Origin: Bacteroidota bacterium
GTDB lineage: Bacteria; Bacteroidota; Bacteroidia; Bacteroidales; CG2-30-32-10
Reading direction: 5' to 3'
Assembly: GCA_013377115.1 (NCBI GenBank)
Contig: JACAAW010000002.1
Span: forward strand, 2,200 to 66,199
DNA length: 64,000 nucleotides
Of the stretch, positions 51,855-58,817 are shown in pieces (positions within the stretch are counted from its first letter, which is position 1; each line of letters starts with the position of its first letter). Below the pieces are notes generated by a model that saw only the letters and a list, made by a program, of their open reading frames with translations, ran no database searches and was not told the origin of the DNA. The translations under genes and the position numbers were made by a program.

Positions 51855-52586
51855 ATGAATGATATAACTTATTTTGATGATTATTACCACAAGAGATTAA
51901 GTCCTGAAGAAAATTCAATCTTCGAAGAAAAGCTTGTTTCAGATTCTGAATTAAAAAGAGAATATGATATTTTTCTCAGTTTTGTAAGTGGGATCAATTT
52001 ATTTGAAAAAGAAAGACTCAAAGAATTATTTAAAGAAAAAAGAGACGAATCGCGATTTAAAATAAATCCTTATGTCAAAGCAAAATCCTTTAAAACATTC
52101 TATTTTGCGGCAGCAGCAAGTTTGATTATTCTTCTTATTCCTGGATATTTTCTTTATCAAAAATTAAATTCAAATCAAAAAATATATAACGAGTACGTTT
52201 ACCAAGATGGAGGGATTCCAGTATTAATGGGAGCCACAAACAATGTTGATTTTAATAAAGGGATGATCGAATACAAAGATCAAAAATTTGAAAAGGCGAT
52301 TGTTTATTTTAATCAGTTATTATCAACCAATCCAAATAACGACACCTTAAATTATTACGCAGGAAACTCTTATTTATATTCTGACAATTCAGAGGCCGCC
52401 ATCAGTTCGCTTTCAAAGGTTAACTCAAAGCAATCTGCATTTTATTATCCTGCAAAATATAACTTGGCACTGGCTTATATTAAAATTAAAGAAACTGATA
52501 AAGCTAAAGCCATCTTGGAAGACCTTTCTAAATCAAACGAACATTTTCTTTGTGAAAAGGCTAAAAAACTTCTTGAAGAATTATAG
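51855..52586 (+). CDS. single-pass membrane TPR protein, putative anti-sigma factor
   Basis: Lies 18 nt downstream of the sigma gene. A cytoplasmic N-terminus of about 80 aa is followed by one TM helix (FYFAAAASLIILLIPGYFLY), then an extracytoplasmic TPR region (KFEKAIVYFNQLL..., YNLALAYIKIKETDKA). The role is inferred from topology and position. Confidence 0.55.
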   Translation: MNDITYFDDYYHKRLSPEENSIFEEKLVSDSELKREYDIFLSFVSGINLFEKERLKELFKEKRDESRFKINPYVKAKSFKTFYFAAAASLIILLIPGYFLYQKLNSNQKIYNEYVYQDGGIPVLMGATNNVDFNKGMIEYKDQKFEKAIVYFNQLLSTNPNNDTLNYYAGNSYLYSDNSEAAISSLSKVNSKQSAFYYPAKYNLALAYIKIKETDKAKAILEDLSKSNEHFLCEKAKKLLEEL

Positions 52587-52587
52587 A

Positions 52588-54501
52588 TTATTGCTTTCGC
52601 ACCAAGTTTAATGAGTATCCAATAACAATTAGCAATAGAAAAATAATAATTCCAAGGTTAAACTTGCTATTATCTTCGAAAGCGTATGGACTTGGATCCC
52701 CACTAAAAACAAACCCTCCCCAAAAAAAAGGATTTGCCGTAGTTTCATTGGATTCTTTTAAATATTTGATTTTTGCTTTATGCAAAGCCTCATCTTTGTA
52801 ATGCCCAGCTAAAATTCCTTCATAAAAGTATTTTAAAAGCTTATTGGTTTCCTGTTCGTCAACCTCCCAAAGCGAATAAACAAGTGATGGGCATCCAGCA
52901 TAGCTAAAACCATGAGATAAACTCATTATGCCTTCGCATTTATTAAATTGTCCAATACCGGTTTGACAACTAGCCAAAACAACCAAAGAGGCTTTAAATT
53001 GCATATTGTATAAATCTGATGCCAGAAAAAACGGATTTTGTGTTTTTGATTTTTCAATATCCGAAAAAGCAATTTCTGTTTTCATCGGAAATTCGTCATT
53101 AACAATAGTGTGAGACGATATATGCAAAATATCAAATTTTATTGCTTCTTCCTTAAAATTATTAATTGATGCTTGCTCACGAATAAAAAAACCTCCTTCA
53201 AAAACTTTTTTAAGCTCAATTAAAAACTTCTCTGACCAGCGTTGTTCTGATAAATTCAAAAATACAGAATCTGTTAAACTGTTGCCTTTATAAAATGCTT
53301 TTAATTTAGAATCAAAAATTGGAGCAAATGCAGCAATTTTAGGGTTTTTATTATTGGACTTCAATGAAATATTTTCAAAAAGTATTGTTGCAGATGGGCT
53401 ATAGGAAAATTGATATTTATAAATTAAATAATCTAAAGACTTATAATTTGCTGAGGTTAATTTTTTATTTGTTGTTGTGAGACATTCGAAGGGAATATAT
53501 CCTAAAATTCCATCTGGAATTACAATCAATTTCTCTGTTGAGCTAAAGTACCGTTCTGTTGGCTTAATCAACGCTTCATAAAGGAGGAAAGAGGTTTTTT
53601 GATATTCATTAAAATTACTTTTTGTAATACTATTTACAAACGCTTTTAAATTTTCCTTGAATACAGAATCATTTGAAATCTTAATAAAACCATCCTTTTT
53701 CGTTCCAATAATAAAGCAATAAATTGAAGTCTCTGTGTAAAAATACTCTAAAAGAGTTGTATTTGAATTAAGCAATTTGCGTTTCACAATTTCAATGTTT
53801 GCAAAAAAACTCTTATGTTTAAGATTGTAATATTTAGGGTATTTATTTTGCATCATAAAATTCAGAGAATCTGTTTCTTGCTGCAAATAACTTAATTCCT
53901 TCTCATAAATGGCTATTTGCTTTAGATTCTGACGCTCTGGATCCTTTGCAATTTCATTATCTAAATTATTTTTACAAACAATAATTTTTGCTGAAAGGTC
54001 TTTTTCCTTTTCAAAAAGGTGAGAAGGAATTCCTGCACTGATTTTTACTTTGGCATTTTGCAATGACTCAATAAGCAATAAATTTTTGTTTTTTTCAGCG
54101 TATATGAAGGCTTTTTCCAGATATTCGGTTTTTTGGCCTTTCTGATAAAGGTCAAAAGCATTTGAAATTGCCTTTTCATAAATAGGGAAGATGAACCTTG
54201 AAAGCAATACTTTTGACCCAATATTTTTGTAATCTTTAATTATTGAATCAATTACTGCTATTGTTTTGCCAAATATTGTGAAAAGGAGTTCTGGATTTTT
54301 AGATTTTTCTAAAAGAGAAATTATTGAAAGGTAATGATTAAAGGAATTGAGATATTGTTTATCCTTTTTTAAGAATTCTGCAAATTTCAATTTACTCTCA
54401 ATATCTTCTTTACCTTGAGGATATAATACATTGCTTGCTCCAAAAGAAAAATCCTGGAGAAAAGCGATAAAAAAAACTAAAATGAAAAAAGTTTTTTTCA
54501 A
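52588..54501 (-). CDS. CHAT-domain protease with signal peptide, TPR-like helical N-region and C-terminal TM anchor
   Basis: The C-terminal third carries FDILHISSHT (His) and SLVVLASCQTG (Cys), followed by SLWEVDEQ and ANPFFWGGFVFSGDP, typical of CHAT. The final segment LGIIIFLLLIVIGYSL is hydrophobic. Confidence 0.88.
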   Translation of the reverse strand: MKKTFFILVFFIAFLQDFSFGASNVLYPQGKEDIESKLKFAEFLKKDKQYLNSFNHYLSIISLLEKSKNPELLFTIFGKTIAVIDSIIKDYKNIGSKVLLSRFIFPIYEKAISNAFDLYQKGQKTEYLEKAFIYAEKNKNLLLIESLQNAKVKISAGIPSHLFEKEKDLSAKIIVCKNNLDNEIAKDPERQNLKQIAIYEKELSYLQQETDSLNFMMQNKYPKYYNLKHKSFFANIEIVKRKLLNSNTTLLEYFYTETSIYCFIIGTKKDGFIKISNDSVFKENLKAFVNSITKSNFNEYQKTSFLLYEALIKPTERYFSSTEKLIVIPDGILGYIPFECLTTTNKKLTSANYKSLDYLIYKYQFSYSPSATILFENISLKSNNKNPKIAAFAPIFDSKLKAFYKGNSLTDSVFLNLSEQRWSEKFLIELKKVFEGGFFIREQASINNFKEEAIKFDILHISSHTIVNDEFPMKTEIAFSDIEKSKTQNPFFLASDLYNMQFKASLVVLASCQTGIGQFNKCEGIMSLSHGFSYAGCPSLVYSLWEVDEQETNKLLKYFYEGILAGHYKDEALHKAKIKYLKESNETTANPFFWGGFVFSGDPSPYAFEDNSKFNLGIIIFLLLIVIGYSLNLVRKQ

Positions 54502-54516
54502 AAAAATGAAAATTAA

Positions 54517-55218
54517 TTAATTTGTCATCAAAAGTAAATCATTTTTACTTTTCCCGACATTTTTAATTTCAATTTTATAATTTCCTGTGGTTTTTGGTGT
54601 AAAAGAAATATAGCAATTATCCGGTGTGCTGGGATTTGTTTTTATTATTGTTCCATTTTGATCATAAACAGTAAGGTTAAGAGGGGCACTTCCTTCACCC
54701 ATTACAAAAACCTCAGCTATTTCTTTAGCATTAAAAACTGTTTGCAATGCAATATTACTATTAGAATATAGGGTTATTTCTTTTACCAAAGGACTGTATT
54801 TTCTCCCTCTATTTTTTGCAACTTGATCTGAATGGGATTCTTTTTCAATTTTATACGCTAAATTAATGATTGAAGAATCATTGTCGGCGAGTTTTATTGC
54901 ATCAGCAATAAGTGAATTGATGTTTATTGAAACTTTTTTTCTTTTTGGATTCTGCGAAGAAGTATCGGCCTTACCAATAATTTCAATATTTGTTAATTTA
55001 AATTCACCTTTTATGGGGTTATCTATTAATGTTTGAGCTGCTGAAAGTAAATAAATTGGTTTATCATTTTCATAACCAAACCGAGCCAATTGCATGGCAA
55101 AAGAAACAGCAGTCATTTCTTGACTGGGCTTTTGTCCTCGTTCTTTGTTTTCCTGAGAATAGGCAGATTCCATTCCTTGAACTGACAACAAAATAAAAAT
55201 GAAAATAAAATTTCTCAT
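54517..55218 (-). CDS. 233-aa secreted protein, paralog of the 213-aa protein (unknown function)
   Basis: Signal peptide MRNFIFIFILLSVQG. An N-terminal helical part (QLARFGYENDKPIYLLSAAQTL) precedes a C-terminal beta-sandwich-like part ending GNYKIEIKNVGKSKNDLLLMTN. Confidence 0.7.
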   Translation of the reverse strand: MRNFIFIFILLSVQGMESAYSQENKERGQKPSQEMTAVSFAMQLARFGYENDKPIYLLSAAQTLIDNPIKGEFKLTNIEIIGKADTSSQNPKRKKVSININSLIADAIKLADNDSSIINLAYKIEKESHSDQVAKNRGRKYSPLVKEITLYSNSNIALQTVFNAKEIAEVFVMGEGSAPLNLTVYDQNGTIIKTNPSTPDNCYISFTPKTTGNYKIEIKNVGKSKNDLLLMTN

Positions 55219-55233
55219 GAAAATAAAATTTAA

Positions 55234-55266
55234 AAAAATACGGCTTAAAGCTTAAGCCGTATTTTT
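55234..55266 (-). terminator. palindromic hairpin between the 213-aa and 233-aa genes (terminator or attenuator)
   Basis: cggcttaa (55241..55248) pairs with ttaagccg (55252..55259), with A/T runs on both sides. Confidence 0.55.
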
Positions 55267-55290
55267 AATTATTAACAATTTTCCCAAATG

Positions 55291-55932
55291 TTAGTTAGTA
55301 ATGAAAACGCATTTCATATCATCAGTTGAAGCGTTTTTTAAAGTAATTTTATAAGATTCTGCTTTTGAAGGAGTCCAAGTAAAATAACCTTTGTCGCTAC
55401 TTTCAGATTTAACAATTTCTCCTTTTGAGTTTTCAACAATAATTTCTGGAATAGCTGCAGCACTTGATTTTACAGAAATTTCTGCTTTAGAATTAGCAAC
55501 ATAAGTGATTTGATAAACTTTTACTGCACCAGCCATAATTCTGCAATTATATGCTAAAAGTTCTGACATTGATCCTCTTGTTTTTTCTGGTTTTTGACCT
55601 TCAACTTTAGTAATCATAGCTAAAACTGCTTGATCTCCATTAGCTAATTTTTTTGCATCTTCCAATAATTGTTTTGCACTAAATTCAGCATTTTCTTCTC
55701 CAGCAACTTTCTTTTCATTTGCAGGAGTAGCGTTTAAAATAGATGCTGCAGTAATTAATGCCAAAGATGACTTGTTTTGATAACCATAATCTGCGAAATC
55801 TGCTGCTGCTGTTAAATTTGAAATTTGTTTACTTGGGGTGTTTTTTGTTGCTTGAGCGAAAACACTAGTTGTAGTAAAAATACATACAACTGCAATAATC
55901 ATTAGGTTTGTGATTTTTTTCATTTTTTTCAT
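55291..55932 (-). CDS. 213-aa secreted protein, paralog of the 233-aa protein (unknown function)
   Basis: Signal peptide ...IAVVCIFTTTSVFAQA. DFADYGYQNKSSLALITAASIL aligns with the 233-aa protein. The linker has one KTRG. The C-terminus ESYKITLKNASTDDMKCVFITN parallels its paralog. Confidence 0.7.
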   Translation of the reverse strand: MKKMKKITNLMIIAVVCIFTTTSVFAQATKNTPSKQISNLTAAADFADYGYQNKSSLALITAASILNATPANEKKVAGEENAEFSAKQLLEDAKKLANGDQAVLAMITKVEGQKPEKTRGSMSELLAYNCRIMAGAVKVYQITYVANSKAEISVKSSAAAIPEIIVENSKGEIVKSESSDKGYFTWTPSKAESYKITLKNASTDDMKCVFITN

Positions 55933-55976
55933 TTTTTAATAATTAATACTTGTTTTTAATTGTTTATGTTATTGAA

Positions 55977-58247
55977 TTATTTAGGTTTACTTGCAATCAT
56001 AACTCTGTTAATTGACCAACTTGCAGGTGTTAATAATTGTCCTCGAGTTGCGGCACCAACATTTAACAATCCTGATAAGCCACCTTTATCAATTCCTCTT
56101 GTTCTAACTCCTGTCATTTCTAAAGCTGAAGGATTTGGTAGGGGTTCATCGGTTGTAAGCATTATATAAGAGTCCATTCCAAAAGGTTCGCTGACCATTA
56201 ATTTTGTTCTTCCTAAAGCCATTTCTTTTGGAACATCCCCTTCAATAATTCTAGGGAATTGGTTTTCAACACTTCCTTGTCTTGGGTAAAGCAGGCAAGT
56301 TGTTCCTTTGCTGTCTATTACGAATACATAGATGTAGCGTTTTGAACCATCCCAGTAAGAAATATTTTCTTTATCAGAAACAAGCATTAAAGAAAGAGTG
56401 TCTCCTTTATATACTGTTCCATTTGTTAATAAATTCTTGCTAGAACCTTTTTTAATTGCTAAATTAAAAGGAAATGCGCCATCATCAGGTGGATTTGATA
56501 AAGTTAACCATGCTTTTATTTTAGCGAGTTTTAATGTGAAATCTTGCAAACTATCTGAAGTAAGATTTAATTTATTTTCTTCAGCGTTAAGCTTAATAAA
56601 ATCAGTTCTAACTGGTAATGTATTGGTTCTATTGGTGTCCAAAACAGTTACCTGAGGAATAACATAAGCATATTCTATTTGATTGTTTTCCCATCTGCCA
56701 GTTAAATAATATTGAGCATCAGTGCCACTTTGAGAAGCCTCTACAGCTGTATTAATTTTGTAACCTTCCATTATTTGGTCTTTTAAGACAGTTGTTGGTG
56801 GCAGGCTAACGAAAAGTTTATCACCATTCTTTAATTTGCTACTAACCGCTTTTTCTGTTGGAGATTTTCCTAAAGAAACATTTTTTCCATCAGGGAAACC
56901 TAACATCCATTCAGTTCCAGTATAAAAAACAGTATGAGTTGGAGCTTCGGCACTTGGATCAGAAATCCATTTTATACTTTTATTGTTTTTTAAGGTGCTT
57001 AATTGTTTTGCAATTGAAGCCAAATCATTGTAATTATAAGTGGTTTTTGGAACGTAGACTTTTAGGTTTGGACCATTTGCAGTAGACCAAGAAGCCAATT
57101 CAAACATATCCCCAGGTTTAACGTTGCCGATATCACCTTTTACCAATTGGCCAACACAACTATTAACTCCCTTCATTTGAGTAATTTTAATTTTGGCAAT
57201 GGTATCTTTATTAACCATTTTAATAAGCTCGCAATTAATATTTAATCCCGAAGCATATCCTCCTTGAAAAACAATATTGTCTTTATCCTGAGGTTTTATA
57301 ACTGGAACTAAGGTTTTTCCAGAAATAGATCCTTGAGGATATCCAAAAATGGTTTTATTTTTACGATCATCATTTCCAGCCAAAACTGGTTCTTGAGTTT
57401 TTCCGTTGTATTTCATAATAGCACGGATGCTATTAAAAATATCCGAAGTTTTTGCATTTACAGAGGCCGATTTTAATGTTTGCAATAGTGCTACAGTGAA
57501 AGCTCCGTGAGGTGAGCCGTTTTCGTCTTTTTGCTCGCTGGCAAATTCAAAATCTTGGGCTGCAGAAATAATTAAAACGCCATTATTTTCGGGTTTTGGG
57601 GAAATGCTTCCATCTTTTGCATCGGAAGGATCTGGTATCATCCAGCGCAATTTTGGTGTATCATCAGATAATTTACCTCTACCAATTGAACCACTATGAC
57701 AGCTGTCATAAATTACAGTCAAAATAACGCCTTTATCAGCAAAACTTTGAAAAATTTTTGCTAATTCTTTATCTCTAATATCTTTTGTTCCATTCCAAAC
57801 ATCGGCAGGAACCATTGTTTCGTCTTCTTTATCAGACTCGTCAGAAAGTGAATTTTTTACTTGAGATCCATGACCAGCATAATAAATTACAACCATGTCG
57901 CCTTTTTTAGAACTGTTGAGAAGTTTTTCAAACTCCCCTAAAATTCTTTCTCTTGAACATTCTTGGTTCATAATCATTGCAGTGTTTTCTTCTTTAAACT
58001 CATAACGAGACATCAGAACTTCTTTAACTGCTTTTGCATCGTTAACACAACCATCAAGATCCATCCATTCTCCCTTAGAAATACCCCTGCTATTTGAAAC
58101 CATTGCTACTGTTTCATTAGCAGGAGGATTATAAATATCAATCCCAATAAACAAGGCTCTTTTTGTTTGTGCTTTAATATTGTTTGTTGTAAAAATATTA
58201 AGGGCAATTACAAATCCTATTATTAATAATCTATTGAATTTTGTCAT
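55977..58247 (-). CDS. exported peptidase C14 (caspase-fold) protein with large beta-rich C-terminal region (DUF4384-like end)
   Basis: I start it at MTKFNRLLIIGFVIALNIFTTNNIKAQ (ATG at 58247), because the longer track ORF overlaps copy 2 of the 148-aa gene. Motifs: KRALFIGIDIY, LDGCVNDA, MVVIYYAGHGS (His), VIYDSCHSGS (Cys). The C-terminal YIYVFVIDSKGTTCLLYP resembles DUF4384. Confidence 0.88.
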   Translation of the reverse strand: MTKFNRLLIIGFVIALNIFTTNNIKAQTKRALFIGIDIYNPPANETVAMVSNSRGISKGEWMDLDGCVNDAKAVKEVLMSRYEFKEENTAMIMNQECSRERILGEFEKLLNSSKKGDMVVIYYAGHGSQVKNSLSDESDKEDETMVPADVWNGTKDIRDKELAKIFQSFADKGVILTVIYDSCHSGSIGRGKLSDDTPKLRWMIPDPSDAKDGSISPKPENNGVLIISAAQDFEFASEQKDENGSPHGAFTVALLQTLKSASVNAKTSDIFNSIRAIMKYNGKTQEPVLAGNDDRKNKTIFGYPQGSISGKTLVPVIKPQDKDNIVFQGGYASGLNINCELIKMVNKDTIAKIKITQMKGVNSCVGQLVKGDIGNVKPGDMFELASWSTANGPNLKVYVPKTTYNYNDLASIAKQLSTLKNNKSIKWISDPSAEAPTHTVFYTGTEWMLGFPDGKNVSLGKSPTEKAVSSKLKNGDKLFVSLPPTTVLKDQIMEGYKINTAVEASQSGTDAQYYLTGRWENNQIEYAYVIPQVTVLDTNRTNTLPVRTDFIKLNAEENKLNLTSDSLQDFTLKLAKIKAWLTLSNPPDDGAFPFNLAIKKGSSKNLLTNGTVYKGDTLSLMLVSDKENISYWDGSKRYIYVFVIDSKGTTCLLYPRQGSVENQFPRIIEGDVPKEMALGRTKLMVSEPFGMDSYIMLTTDEPLPNPSALEMTGVRTRGIDKGGLSGLLNVGAATRGQLLTPASWSINRVMIASKPK

Positions 58248-58293
58248 ATGGCTTGAATATTGAAATTTTATTCTTTTCTTTTTTTTATTTCTA

Positions 58294-58740
58294 TTATTTA
58301 TCTTTATCGCCACCAGCAAGTAATACAAAAGAATAAGTTCCGTTGCAGTCACCATCAGCAAACCATTCTTTAGTTTGTCCTGTTGTTATTGCATAAATGG
58401 TTTTGTAACCTGTTCTTGCTTTTACTGTTGTTTCTGCCCATGCATCTACTACGCCTTTTGATACGCCATCAACATAAACTTCTACCATAAATCCCGTATT
58501 GTTTACAACATTGATGCTACAATCTTTTTTACCTCTGGTTTTTTGTTGATCTAAAGCTGGATCTTGTTGTGGGTTTTCATCTGTTGTTGGCATTTGCGCT
58601 TTAATATGTGGGTTTTGACCTCTTGTTTTTTCTACGCTTTTTGCTTTAATTTCTACTTTTTTTACATCTTGAGCGAATGTATTTGCTGTGAAGATTTGAC
58701 TTATAAAAGCCACCATTGCGATTACTAATAATTTTTTCAT
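58294..58740 (-). CDS. 148-aa secreted protein of unknown function, copy 2 (first gene of the caspase operon)
   Basis: Its protein differs from copy 1 by a single residue (V12I). The gene lies 46 nt upstream of the C14 gene. Confidence 0.8.
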   Translation of the reverse strand: MKKLLVIAMVAFISQIFTANTFAQDVKKVEIKAKSVEKTRGQNPHIKAQMPTTDENPQQDPALDQQKTRGKKDCSINVVNNTGFMVEVYVDGVSKGVVDAWAETTVKARTGYKTIYAITTGQTKEWFADGDCNGTYSFVLLAGGDKDK

Positions 58741-58748
58741 TGTTTTTG
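58294..58748 (-). repeat. direct repeat, copy 2 (partner at 50426..50880)
   Basis: Offset of 7868 nt, same orientation. See the findings. Confidence 0.9.
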
Positions 58749-58790
58749 GTTTTATTGTTAATAATAATTTTTTTCGTTGTTATGTGGGTT

Positions 58791-58817
58791 AATAAAATCG
58801 AAAATAAAAAGGTAACC
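58791..58817 (-). promoter_or_regulatory. candidate ECF-type promoter motif GGTTACCTTTT-N8-ATTTTATT
   Basis: The minus strand reads GGTTACCTTTTTATTTTCGATTTTATT, ending 50 nt upstream of the copy-2 ATG. Confidence 0.4.

Noticed and set aside
54517-55932. The 213/233-aa proteins as bacterial gasdermins activated by the neighbouring caspase-like protease
   Set aside because: Both have cleavable-looking N-terminal signal peptides and lack the N-terminal Cys and the cytoplasmic context of bacterial gasdermins. Their two-domain helical plus beta-sandwich layout does not resemble the gasdermin fold pattern, as far as primary sequence can show.
55960-57085. Plus-strand ORFs 55960..56169, 56398..56655 and 56858..57085
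   Set aside because: All are antisense within the well-supported C14 gene, and none has a recognisable motif.
55977-58361. The N-terminal 38 codons of the 794-aa track ORF for the C14 protein
   Set aside because: This extension overlaps the 3' end of copy 2 of the 148-aa gene and has no signal-peptide character. The Met at 58247 gives a canonical signal peptide directly before the caspase fold.
50426-58748. The 0.45-kb direct repeats as ends of a transposon or integrative element
   Set aside because: Each repeat is an intact protein-coding gene with its own promoter-like motif. I see no transposase, integrase, inverted repeats, flanking tRNA or target-site duplication.
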